The notes beneath the pieces were generated by a model. That model was not told the origin of the DNA. It did not search any database and worked only from the letters and a program-made list of their open reading frames with translations. A stretch of DNA of 64,000 nucleotides from positions 239,384,001 through 239,448,000 of the forward strand of contig NC_086097.1 in the NCBI RefSeq assembly GCF_963921235.1, given 5' to 3'. The DNA comes from Mobula hypostoma. Taxonomy: Eukaryota. Made by a program: the position numbers and the translations under genes. This document shows, one piece after another, positions 1 through 11,940 of this stretch; position 1 is the first letter of the stretch; every line of letters starts with the position of its first letter.

Positions 1-1235
1 TCAAGGGTGAAGAGACAATTTCAAATGAGGTTGAAGGTGACATCAGATGTATGACAACTCTGGCAGGGTTTGCAAGACATTACTTCCTACAAAGCAAAAC
101 CCAATAGCATGAATGGCAGCGATGCTTCACTACCAGATGAATTCAACGGCTTCTATGCCCGCTTTGGAAAGGAGAATATAACTACAGCTGTGAAGATCAC
201 TGCTGCACCTGATGACCCTGTGATCTCTATCTCAGAGACTGATGTTAGGCTGAGAGTGAACCCTCGCAAGGTGGAAGGTCCAGATGGAGTATCTGGTAAG
301 GCTCTGAAAACCTGTGCCAACCAAATGGCGGAAGTGTTCAAGGACATTTTCAACCTCTCACTGCTACGGGTGGAAGTTCACACTTGCTTCAAAAAATCAA
401 CAATTAAACCAGTGCCTAAGACGAATAATGTGAGCTGCCTTAATGACTATTGCCCATGATCTACAGTGATGAAATGCTTTGAGAGGTTGGTCATGACTAG
501 ACTGAACTCCAGCCTCAGCAAGGACCTGGACCCATTGCAATTTGCCCATTGGCACAATAGGTGCAATCTTAATGACTCTTCACATGGCTTTAGACCACCT
601 GGAGAACACAAACACTGTTTATGTCAGGACACTGTTCATTGACTATAGCTCACTACCATCATTCCCACAATCCTGATTGAGAAGTTGCAGAACCTGGGCC
701 TCTGTACCTCCCTCTGCAATTGGATCCTCGATTTCCTAACTGGAAGAGCACAATCTGTGCAGATTGGTGATATCATATCCTCCTCGCTGACGATCAACAC
801 TGGTGCACCTCAGGGGTGTGTGCTTAGCCCACTGCTCTACCCTCTGTATACACATGACTGTGTGGCTTGGCATAGCTCAAATACCATCTATAAATTTGCT
901 GATGGTACAACCATTGTTGGTAGAATCTCAGGTGATGATGAGAGGGCATACAGGTGTGAGATATGCCAACTAGTGGAGCGGTGTTGCAGCAACAACCTGG
1001 CACTCAACACCAGTAAGTCAGAAGATCTGATTGTAGACTTCAGGAAGGGTAAGATGAAAACATACCACTCCTCATAAAGGATCAGAAGTGGAGAGAGTGA
1101 GCAGTTTCTAGTTCCTGGGTGTCAAGATCTCTGAGGATCTAACCTGGTCCCAACATATCAATGTAGTTATAAAGAAGGCAAGACAGTGGCTATACTTTAT
1201 TGGGAGTTTGAAGAGATTTGGCATGTCAACAAATA
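1..1235 (+). mobile_element. Rex1/Babar-clade LINE, decayed reverse transcriptase fragment
   Basis: ORFs 70-459 (GPDGV..LKTCA..IFNLSL..VPK) and 685-1077 ([36 protein letters not shown]); frameshifted. Confidence 0.9.
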
Positions 1236-1248
1236 CACAAATACACAA

Positions 1249-2369
1249 ATGCAACAAGACAATGATCCGAAAGACAAGAGTAAATCAAAACAGTATGGCT
1301 TAAGAAGAAGAAAATCTGTGTTTTGGAATGGCTGAGACAAAATCCTGACCTTAATCCTATAGAAATATTATTGAAGAACCTGAAGCAAGTAGTTCATGCA
1401 AGAAAGCCCACCAACATCCTAGCAATGGAACAGTTTTGTAGGGAGGAATGGTCTAAAATTCCTCCAAGCTGATGTGGAAGACTGATCAACAGTTACCGGA
1501 AATGATTTGTTGAAGTTATTGGTATACAAGGGGCTCCCACCATTTACTGAAAGCAAAGGTTCACATACGTTTTCCAACAAACACATGTAATATTGGATCA
1601 CTTTTCTTAATAAATAAATGAACAATTATGCGTAACGCTCAGGGCTATCGGCTCGTGTTTATCCAGGGGAAACCCTGTCTGTCCGCCAAACCATGTCTCA
1701 CATTTGCATAGTTGCTGTGTAATGCCACCTGGTACAAACTCACACATCAAATATCAGACAGCACACAATGTACGATTTACAGATTACACTTTATAAATCT
1801 TACTGGAACTATGTAATTAATAGAGATACAATATAAAAGGAAAGTAATAGGCGCCAATTTATCAGAGTTCAACCACTTCGTGCACAACCATTGGAACTCA
1901 ATTAACGGGGTCTCGTTCCACCATTCGATCTTTGCCAATCTCCTCGACTCACCGCCTGGGACCAACCGCGAGTGCGTCCAGCACATCCTTCCTCCTCAGT
2001 TCTCCTCCCGAAAAACCCTGCCACTTACCCAGGTTCCCACACATACAAATAGAATAACATGGACACTCATTGGTTTGTTCATCCCTTTATCAATAATATA
2101 ACCCAAACGAGCAGGGAGAGAGAGAACTCCTTACATCGCAGTTATTATTACAGAAAAGCCATTTTATATAACATACAAAGAAGCCATTTTAGACACCTCA
2201 GCAGCCAGTGTAACCAAGACCTAGTTACATATGTTTTTGTGTTATTTATTTAATTGAGTTCTCTTTATCTAGTTTTAGGACTTGCATGAAGGTCTGATCA
2301 CATTTTAAGTCATATGTATGCAGAAACAAAGAAAATTCTACAGATTTCACAGACTTTCTAGCACCACTG
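1249..2369 (+). mobile_element. Tc1-family DNA transposon, 3' part (transposase C-terminus and right TIR), interrupted by a solo LTR
   Basis: Translates to QQDNDPK..WLKKKKICVLEWLRQNPDLNPIE..EEWSKIPP (DDE region); ends ttcacagactttctagcaccactg, a Tc1-type TIR. Confidence 0.85.
1631..2229. mobile_element. Solo LTR nested in Tc1
   Basis: Termini cGTAAC...GTTACA; 4-bp TSD tatg at 1627-1630 and 2230-2233. Confidence 0.75.
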
Positions 2370-2379
2370 TTTATACATG

Positions 2380-2620
2380 TATATGTATACTAAATAGATT
2401 AAAAGTAGTGCAAAACAGTAATAAGATATATAAAAAATTGAAGTAGTGTTCATGGGTTCAATGTCCATTTAGGAATTGGATAGCAGAGGGGAAGAAGCTG
2501 TTTCTGAATCACTGAGTGTGTACCTTTAGGCTTCTGTACCTCCTTCCTGATGGTAACAATGAGAAAAGAGCATGTCCTGGAATAATGGACGCTACTTTTC
2601 TGAGGCACCGCTCCTTGAAG
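2380..2620 (-). mobile_element. Rex1-type LINE 3' end fragment
   Basis: Block gtgttcatgggttc..ggggaagaagctgt..cctgatggta, also at about 6010-6130, 14890-15000 and 41050-41120. Confidence 0.65.
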
Positions 2621-4320
2621 ATAGTCATAGTCATAGTCATAGTCATACTTTATTGATCCCAGGGGAAATTGGTTTTTGTTACAGTTGCACCATAAATAAA
2701 TAGTAATAAAACCATAAATAGTTAAATAGTAACATGTAAATTATGCCAGGAAATAAGTCCAGGACCAGCCTATTGGCTCAGGGTGTCCGACCCTCCAAGG
2801 GAGGAGTTGTAAAGTTTAATGGCCACAGGCAAGAATGACTTCCTATGATGCTCTGTGTTGCATCTCGGTGGAATGAGTCTCTGGCTGAATGTACTCTTGT
2901 GCCCAACCAGTACATTATGTGGTGGATGGGAGACATTGTCCAAGATGGCATGCAACTTGGACAGCATCCTCTTTTCAGACACCACCGTGAGAGAGTCCGG
3001 TTCCATCCCCACAACATCACTAGCCTTACGAATGAGTTTGTTGATTCTGTTGGTATCTGCTACCCTCAGCCTGCTGCCCCAGCACACAACAGCAAACATG
3101 ATAACACCAGCCACCACAGACTCGTAGAACATCCTCAACTTTGTCCGGCCGATGTTAAAGGACCTCACTCCTCAGGATATAGAGACGGCTCTGACCCTTC
3201 TTGTAGACAGCTTCAGTGTTCTTTGACTAGTCCAGTTTATTGTCAATTCGTATCCCCAGGTATTTGTAATCCTCCACCATGTCCACACTGACCCCCTGGA
3301 TGGAAACAGGGGTCACCGGTACCTTAGCTCTCCTCAGGTCTACCACCAGCTCCTTAGTCTTTTTCACATTAAGCTGCAGATAATTCTGCTCACACCATGC
3401 GACAAAGTTTCCTACTGTAGCCCTGTACTCAGCCTCATCTTCCTTGCTGATGCATCCAACTATGGCAGAGTCATCAGAAAACTTCTGAAGGTGACAAAAT
3501 TCTGTGCAATAGTTGAAGTCCGAGGTGTAAATGGTGAAGAGAAAGGGAGACACAACAGTCCACTGTGGAGCCCCAGTGCTGCTGATCACTCTGTCGGACA
3601 CACACTGTTGCGAGCACACGTACTGTGGTCTGCCAGTCAGGTAATCAGGAATCTATGACACCAGGGAAGCATCCACCTGCATCGCTGTCAGCTTCTCCCC
3701 CAGCAGAGCAGGGCGGATGGTGTTGAATGCACTGGAGAAGTCAAAAAACATGACCCTCACAGTGCTCGCTGGCTTGTCCAGGTGGGCGTAGACAGGGTTC
3801 TGCAGGTAGACGATGGCATCCTCAACTCCTAGGTGGGGCTGGTAGGCGAACTGGAGGGGATCTAAGTGTGGCCTGACCATAGGCCGGAGCAGCTCCAGAA
3901 CAAGTCTCTCCAGGGTCTTCATGATGTGGGAGGTCAATGCCACCGGTCTGTAGTCATTGAGGCCGCTGGGGCGCCACATCTTCGGCACAGGGACGAGGCA
4001 GGACGTCTTCCACAGTACAGGAACCCTCCGGAGCCTCAGGCTCAGGTTGAATACATGGTGAAGTACTCCACATAGCTGAGGGGCACAGACTTTGATCACC
4101 TTGGTACTGACACCATCCGGTCCTGCAGCCTTGCTTGGGTTGAGACGTTTCAGCTGTCTTCTCACCTGTTCAGCCGTGAAGCCCACTGTGGTGGTTTCAT
4201 GCGGGGAAGGGGTATAGTCATGAGAGCAGGGCGGGGGACTGTGAGAAAGGGTAGGAGGGGAGAGTGGAATATGTGTTGGTTGGGGGCTGACAACAGATGA
4301 CTCATGTGGGGGATGTCTTT
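2621..4320 (-). mobile_element. Rex1/Babar LINE, 5'-truncated, RT to 3' tail
   Basis: ORFs 3653-4186 ([33 protein letters not shown]), 3227-3619 (GAPQ, KFSDD, YKYLG) and 2770-3168; (TATGAC)n tail at 2621-2647. Confidence 0.92.
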
Positions 4321-4639
4321 GATACTACAGATGCTAGTGCCCAAGATGAAGCTGACTAATTTTACAACTGCTAACTTTTACAGTGCTGCTGACTTCTCAA
4401 TACCACATCAACGGCAATTTGAATAACATTGACTTCAGTTTAAGTAAACACAATCTGGCTTCAATATGCGCAGTCTTTCACTTACATTGGAGAAAGGGCA
4501 TACAGCGAGTAGGAACGAACACAGACATCTATTAATAAGAGCTATTCCAAATACCTATAAATGGTACAGCTTTAAAAGGATTTGCTGGAACAGACAAACA
4601 TAGCAATACAGGTACACCAAGATTTGTATGCACCAAGCC

Positions 4640-5265
4640 AAATTGATAGGTTGTCAAGAAAGCAAATGGAATCATTGCTTTATACATAATAGCAGCGAAA
4701 AGAAAATGACTTAGGATAAACCATAATTGTGAGCAGTTTTGGGCCTGTTATCTAAGAAAGGATGTGCTCACGTTGTATTTAGTTCAAAGGAGGTTTATGA
4801 CAATGATTCTGTGATTGAATGGTTTGTCATATGAGGAACATTTGTTGGCTCTGGGCCTATACTTACTGGAGTTCAGAAAAATGAAGGGTGACCTCATTGC
4901 AACCTACCGAATGTTGAAAGGCCTCAACAAACTAAACGTGGAGAGGACGCTTCCTGTGGTGGGGGAGTCTCATACCAGAGGACATAGCCTCAGGATAGAG
5001 GGGGTGAACTTTTAGAATGGATTTCAGGAGGAAGTTGCTTTGCCAGAGAGTGGTGAATCTCTGGAATTCATTGCCACAAGCAGCTGTGGAGATCATTGGG
5101 TATATTTAAGGCAGAGGTTGATAAATTCTCGGTTAGTCAAGGCATGAAACGATATGAGGAGAAGACAAGAGATAGGGGCTGAGAGGGAAAATGGATCAGT
5201 CATGATGAAATGGCGAAGCTGACTTGATGGACAAATAGCCTAATTCTGCTCGTATTTCCTATGGA
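4640..5265 (+). mobile_element. CR1 LINE 3' fragment
   Basis: ORF 4815-5015 (LSYEE.L..LGLY.LEFR.MKGDLI..TRGHSLRI) plus CR1 3' UTR. Confidence 0.85.
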
Positions 5266-5603
5266 GCTACAATAAATTACAGGTCCTGCCTCAGATAAAT
5301 AATTGTGACCAGTTCTGGACACTGCCGTAGTGCTTTTGGGCCCCCTTCTGTTTATTATACACATTAATGATCTGGATGTATATGTACAATAGAAGGGATG
5401 ATCAGTCAGGTCACAAATGACACAGAGATTGGTGCTGTTGTTGATATAGACGAGGGTATTTTTCAGTTACAGAATGAATCATGAATCAGTTACATCAGTT
5501 GATAAAATATCCAGAGCAAAGTCAATTGGAATTTAGTTCTGAAAATTGTCAGGAGATGCATTTTGGAAAGAAGATCGGAAATCAGCATCAGATTTAATAT
5601 AAG

Positions 5604-5864
5604 GACAAGAAAATCTGCAGATGCTGGAAATCCAAGCAATACACACAAAAAACAACAGGAATTCTGCAGATGCTGGAAATTCAAGCAACATACATCAAAG
5701 TTGCTGGTGAACGCAGCAGGCCAGGCAGCATCTATAGGAAGAGGCGCAGTCGACGTTTCAGGCCGAGACCCTTCGTCAGGACTGGCAGCACCAATAGAAA
5801 ACAGATGTCTTTTCCATCAGAGCTACCTGGCCTGCTGAGTTCCTTCAGCATTTTGTGTGTGTTG
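5604..5864. mobile_element. Penelope-derived non-coding element (composite, fold-back) carrying a hammerhead motif
   Basis: Two tandem ctgcagatgctggaaat starts; closely matches the PLE terminus at 34516-34636; inverted arm at about 5810-5864. Confidence 0.8.
5747..5784 (-). ncRNA. Minimal type I hammerhead ribozyme motif, intact core
   Basis: Minus strand CAGUC-CUGACGA-AGGGUCUCGGCCU-GAAACGUC-GACUG: 5-bp stem I, short stem II, palindromic ACGU helix III, GUC cleavage triplet. Confidence 0.8.
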
Positions 5865-5879
5865 ATCAGATTTAGTACA

Positions 5880-6385
5880 ACTGGCTGATGTTGTGAAATT
5901 TGTTGTTATGCGGCACTGGTACGTTGCAATGCAAATTAATAAAAACTGTAAATTGTGGTAAGAAGTATTAAAAAAGCTAAATTAAATAAGTTGTGCAACA
6001 AAGTAGTAAGGTAGAGTTCATGGGTTCAATGTCCATTCAGAAATCTGATGGCAGAGGGGAAGAAGTTGTTCCTGAATTGTTGAGTGTGTGCCTTCAGGCT
6101 CCTGTACCTCTTTCCTGATGGTAGCAATGAAAAGAGGGCATGTCCTGGGTGGTGAGGTCCTCAACGATAGATGCTGCCGTTTTGAGGTATTGCTCCTTGA
6201 AGATATCCTGGGTGCTATGGAGACCAGTGCTCATGTTGGAGGTGATGAAGTTTACAACTCTCTGTAGCTTATTTCGATTCTGTACAGAACCCTCCCCCCC
6301 CCCATACCAAATGGTGATGCAGCCAGTTAGAATGCTCTCAACGGTAAATTTGTAGAAATTTGCAAGTGACATACCAAATCTCCTC
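5880..6385 (-). mobile_element. Rex1-type LINE 3' fragment
   Basis: ORF 6094-6372 (FYKFTVESILTGCITIWYG..KLQRVV). Confidence 0.85.
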
Positions 6386-6459
6386 CTGAACCTGGACTAT
6401 TCACATGATCAATAGGTCCTGGAATGAACAGATGCAGAGAAGGATCTTAGTGCACACAG

Positions 6460-6695
6460 AACAGCACAGTACAGTCCCCTCGATCTACAATGTTGTGCCG
6501 ACTCTACGATCACTCTAACTCTTCCGTCCGACATAAACCTCCATCTTTCTTTTATCAATGTGTCCATCCAAGAGTCTCTTAAAAGTCCCAAATGTATCTG
6601 CCTCTACCACCACCCCTGGCAGCATGTTCCATGCACCCACCACCCTCTGTGTTAAGTAGCTGCCTCTGACATTTCCCCCCATACTTTCCTTCAGA
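6460..6695 (-). mobile_element. CR1 3' end fragment
   Basis: Reverse complement of CR1 C-terminus/3' UTR, homologous to 24937-25200. Confidence 0.7.
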
Positions 6696-7339
6696 CAGTT
6701 CGTAGAACTGCTTCTTTCATTTCTTTTGCTTCGCCTGCATATTTCAAATGTGGTTCTGCTACAACTGGAGCCTGTGACCTACATTATGATGATGTGCTTT
6801 CGGGTCGATTGAGCGATCTGGCACTTTGTTGTCTCCGAGGGAGTTCAGTGAGGTCTTGCAGCCTCGAGGCCACAATCAACTCCATTTCTTACAACCGATT
6901 AAAGCATCGAGAAAGATTGAAATCGAGTAAGATGAGAGCAGAAGTGCATCTGCTGGTGTTCCGACCGGTGACCAGTCTCTCTCTATCCCTATCGCTTGTT
7001 GTTGCCTGAGTGTGAATGGTCTCTCTCTGGCTTTCGTCTGCTGCTCCTGGAGGAAGGTTCAATCGGTCTCTCTCTCTCTCTCTCTCTCTCTCCCTCTTGA
7101 TCAATGCTGCTCGATAATGGTGTCAGAGTCTTGGGTCTCAGCCAAGGTTTAATTGACATGGTTTGTAGATTGGACTCTATAGTTCATGTTACGATGTGTT
7201 CTGGTTTGTGGTCGCTCCTTTCTTTGTTGCTGCTTTGTACGGTTTTGATTGGGGCGAACTGGCTTTGACTTTCTATCATCAGAGAAACATTGTCTCATTT
7301 CTATATACATTATATGATTATATACGTTTGTAAATGTAG

Positions 7340-9973
7340 CAAATGTGCAGAATACGACCTCCTCATCACAAACACAGTGTTCAGGCTGGCGAACAAGTAC
7401 AAGACAACATGGATGCACCCAAGATCCAACATGGGCACATGATTGACTACATTATAGTACGTCGCCGAGACATCCAGGATGTCCTCATCACCACAGCCAA
7501 GCGAGGAGTGGATTGCTGCACTGACCACAGGCTTGTCCGCACCACATTGAAGCTACATATTGCTCCCCACCATCCCAAGCACCCTAAGTTCATCAGAACA
7601 GCGTTTAACATCACCAGACTCCAAGAGCCGCTGTATCTTCGCAAGTTCCAGACCACCCTTGATGAGAAGCTGTCTGCCAATGGACCACTAACTGGTGGGC
7701 CAACCCAGAAGTGGAATCAGCTTAGAGAGATGGTGACGGAGACAGCAAAATCAGTCCTCGGCCTCAAGGACCAGAACCACAAAGATTGGTTTGACAAGGA
7801 TGACAGTGCCATCAAAAATCTCCTGGTCAGGAAGAATAAAGCATTCATGGAGTGGCAAAACGACCCAAGTTCCATTCCCAAAAAAAAGCGGTTCAAGTCA
7901 CTTCAGGCCCATGCCCAACGGGAAATATGCAAAGATGCATGACCTGTGGTGGGATAGGAAAGCGGTAGAGGTGCAACGCTTCACCAACATCAACAACTCG
8001 AAGCTGCTCTTAAACTCCATCAAAATGATCTTCGGCCTCTCAAAATCTGGCTCATCTCCATTGTTGTCGCTGATGGAACCACACTGCTAGAGGACAAAGA
8101 GAGCATCCAACACAGATGGAAAGGGCATTTCAGCCAGCTCCTGAACCACCCTTCATCAGTCGACCAGTCTGCTCTGGACCAAATCTCCCAACAGCCTATT
8201 TTTGAGGAACTAGATGATCCTCCCTCGACAGATGAAGTCAAGAAGGCTATCACGTAGATGAGCAGTGGCAAGACGCCCAGCAAGGATGAAATACCTGCTG
8301 AATTTCCACAGCACCCTGACTAGCACTTGGGAAGAAGAAGAGATGCCCCCTGACCTCAAAGATGCAATGATAATTGCCCTCTACTAAAATAAAGGTTCAA
8401 GGACCGACTGCGGGAACTACAGAGGCATCTCACTACTTTCCATTGCCGGAAAAATCCTCGCCCGCATCATCCTCAACAGACTGATTCCAACAGTGTCAGA
8501 AGAGAACCTTACTGAGTCACAATGGGGCTTTCGTCCCAAATGCAGCACTGTCAACATGATCTTTGCAGTGATACAGATACAGGAGAAGTGCCTGGAACAG
8601 AAGATGACATTGTACTCTGTCTTCGTTGATCTGATGAAGGCATTTGACATGGTCAACAGAAACGCACTGTGGATCATCCTTAGAAAGCTTGGCTGCCCGC
8701 AGAAATACACTACACTCATCCGCCTGCTCCACGATGGCGTGACAGGAGAAGTGTTCTCACATGGTCCCCATCTGAGACTTTCAACATCTCAAATGACTTG
8801 AAGCAAGGGTGCATTCTAGCACCAGTGCTCTTCAACCTCTTCTTCACCCAAATGCTGAACCATGCTGTTAAGGACCTAGACCTGGGTATTTACATAAGAT
8901 ATATCCTAGACGGATCGATGTTTGACCTGAGACGCCTTGCTGCAAAGACCAAAACGTTGAGGAGGCTCATCACTGAAGCCCTGTTGCTGATGACTGTCCT
9001 CTCATGGCCCACCAGGAGAACCACCTGCAGATGGTTATCGACAAGTTCTCCGCAGCCTCAAAGCTGTTCGGCCTGACAATCAGCCTCGGTAAGACAGAAG
9101 TTCTCTTACAACCTGCATCAAACAGTCACCCTCCTCAGCCATGCATCACCATCGACGGCACTGTCCTGAAGAATGTGGAGAACTTCCAAGTATCCAGGAA
9201 GCACCATCTCCAGTAATGGATCTCTTGAAAAAGAGATCATAGCAAGGATCCAGAAAGCCAGCCAGGCACTCGGGAAACTCCGTGTCAAAGTTCTGGAGCA
9301 CAAGGACATTCAGCTTTCAACCAAGCTCAAGGTGTACAAGGCTGTGGTCCTCACCTCTCTCCTGTACGGCTACGAAACCTGGATCCTGTACCGCAGGCAC
9401 ATCAAACAGCTGGAGCAGTTTCACATGCGCTCTCTGTGGTCGATCATGAGGATTTGGTGGCAGGACCGAATCACCAACCAGGAAGTCCTTGACAGAGCCA
9501 ACAGCACAAGCATTGAGGCAAGGATCCTCCAGGCCCAGCGACGCTGGACTGGCCATGCAATCTGCATGAGTGAGATAAGAATCCAAAGGCAGCTGCTCTA
9601 CGGTGAGCTTGAGCATGGCAGTCACAATCAGGGCCGCCCCAAAAAAAGATTCAAAGACAATCTGAAATCATACATCAAATGGGCAGATCTCCAGCCTCGA
9701 CAGCTTGAGGAATCCGCAGCCGACAGGGCTGCGTGGCGTGCTCTGACCAGAAAAGCTGCATCTGACTTTGAGGATGACTGAAATCAGCACCTTGCAGCAG
9801 CACGAGACCAACACCAAGAGGTTGTGTACGCACCTGTTGTAACAACCGCCATTCCATGTCCAACCTGCAACCGCATGTGTGCTTCGGCCTTCGGCCTCCG
9901 AAGCCACATGCGTATCCACAGATGCCTGCACAATGTTTAGTCTTCCTCGGACCCCGAGAGACAACCACCAACA
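7340..9973 (+). mobile_element. RTE-clade LINE, 5'-truncated (end of APE endonuclease, RT, C-terminal C2H2 finger)
   Basis: ORFs 7343-7942 (HMIDYIIVRRRD..TDHRLV), 8493-8801 (ESQWGFR..VDLMKAFD), 8798-9076 (KQGCILAPVLFN), 9173-9781; CPTCNRMCASAFGLRSHMRIH at 9857-9919; acaaccaccaaca tail. Confidence 0.93.
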
Positions 9974-10252
9974 TGTATATAGTTAAATCTCAATAAATGT
10001 GACTTGACTTCTTATCATTTTATACACCCAGCTGTTCAATGATCACTGAAGGGGTTGTTTTTCTTTGCGTGGAGAAGTCTGAAGGGATCCTAATAGATAG
10101 ATTACACTTATTTGTCACATAACATTTCATTTTTGTTAATCTTTGCGGGCTGATGATCGTGCTGTTGTTCTTTTCTTTCTTGGTTTCATGGCTACCTGGA
10201 GAATTGAAGAATTTCAGAGTTGCTTACTTTGGTAATAAATGAACCTTTGAAG

Positions 10253-10448
10253 ATACAGTGAAATGTGTTGGTTGTGTCAAATCCAAATAGTGAGGAGCCC
10301 GCAAGTGTTGCCATGCTTCCGGTGCCAGAATAACATGCCCGCAGCTCACGAACCATAACCCTACGTTTTTGGAATGTGGCAGGAAACTGGAGCACCTAGA
10401 GGAAACCCATGCAGTCATAGGCAGAACATACAAATGCTTTACATACAG
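10253..10448 (-). mobile_element. V-SINE (HE1-like) fragment
   Basis: Reverse complement of the V-domain (gttct..tgggtttcctc..ggtgctccagtttcct.ccacattccaaa). Confidence 0.75.
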
Positions 10449-10567
10449 TACCCAGAAGAAGGCAATGGCAAACCACTTCTGTAGAAAAATTTGCCATGGA
10501 CAATCATGGTCAAAAGACCATGATCACCCATGTCAATACAACATGGCACATAATGATGATGATGATA
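10449..10567 (+). mobile_element. RTE-related SINE 3' end
   Basis: gaagaaggcaatggcaaaccact motif (BovA/Sauria-like) and (TGA)n tail; same family as 23460-23790. Confidence 0.55.
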
Positions 10568-10810
10568 TGAAATACAGTAGCAGGATGTAAACACTAATCT
10601 TCCAGCTGGTGTTATAATAGCATTACACTAACGACTACGCTGCTATACTATCCCTGATATGAGAGACAAAGATATAAAATATCATGGGAAACTTATCCCC
10701 TTGAGAAAAGTATCAGTAAACCAAAATGCATGTTTTAATCTGAGGACAGAAAAGTTTAGATGAAATTTTGGGAATAATTTTCACACATGTGTGGAGTTGA
10801 AATCCAGAGT

Positions 10811-10942
10811 TACATACACAAAATGCTGGAGGAACTCAACAGGTCAGGCAGCATCTATGGAGAAGAACAAAATGTCATCATTTTTTGCTGAGGCACTTCA
10901 TCAGGGATACTCTCAGCCTGAAACGTTGACTGTTTATTCCTC
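10811..10942. mobile_element. Penelope-derived fold-back element, decayed
   Basis: aaatgctggaggaactc..gcagcatctatgg arm, minus-strand half core (cttcatcagg), then + strand tctcagcctgaaacgttgactg. Confidence 0.65.
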
Positions 10943-11546
10943 ACCAAAGATTGGGGGTTCCCAATCTTTGTCATGACATGGGCCCCTACCACGAACTGAG
11001 GGGCCTGTGTTGGGAATCCAAGCCATAGATGACCCCTGACCTGCTGATTTCCTCACGGATTTAAAATCTGGAATGCTCTTCCTGAGAGGGCGGTGGAGGC
11101 AGATGCTCTCACAGGGGTTAGTCATTTAGATGAGCTCTTGAAGGTCCATGGCATAGAAGGTGATAGGTCGAGGACTGAGGAATGGGGTGAGTGTAGATAG
11201 GTAGTTGAAGGCTGGCACAGGGACAACGGATTGTACAGCTTGTTTTATGACTCCACAGCTCTCAGAGATTTACCAGAATGACGCCAGAATGAGGTGAAGG
11301 ATTCTGGTTGTGCTATGAGTTAGGATGATGTGGGATTACTGCAGAACAGGTGAAATAGAGAGTTAAAGAAAATGACTGAGATTATAAATTATTACATCGG
11401 AGTAACTGGGAAAAAACTGTTCCCATTTTCAGAAAGATAGAAAAGAAAAATGATGATTTGGAATAATTTTCCACAATAGAAAGTTCTTTATATTAAAAAT
11501 GTCCTTTTCCACTGTAGCACTGTACTTTGCATCCTTACCACTGCAG

Positions 11547-11638
11547 CATAATGAGAAACCCAGCAGCCACCATGATGACAAGCTCTCACAGTTTAAGGAT
11601 GACCTGCTCCTCAGCTTTGTTGATGTATTGCCCAGCAA
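11547..11638 (+). CDS. Candidate internal coding exon of unidentified host gene (alternative acceptor gives start 11518)
   Basis: Unique sequence; acceptor ccttaccactgcag, donor AA|gtaagt; open frame HNEKPSSHHDDKLSQFKDDLLLSFVDVLPS. Confidence 0.5.
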
Positions 11639-11940
11639 GTAAGTATTGCTCTGGAAAGTGAGGATACTCCATTGGCAGCTTTGAAATAGTGCTGTGTGAT
11701 CTTCCATTGTTGACCGTGAGAGCAGATACCACGGCCTCGTCTAAAAGATTAACATCGGCAGGAATGTAGCATTTCCATCATACCATAAGTCCATAAGGCA
11801 CAGGAGCAGAATTAGGCCATCCAGGCCCATCAGTTCGCTCCACCAAACCATCATGACTGATTTATTATCCCTCTCAACCTAATCCTTCTGCTTCTCCCAT
11901 AATAATTGACGTCCTTACCTATCAACCTCCATTTTAAATA

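Noticed and set aside
7067..7092. (CT)n tract giving an RERERE ORF; also (CA)n and (TA)n tracts elsewhere
   Set aside because: Ordinary microsatellites
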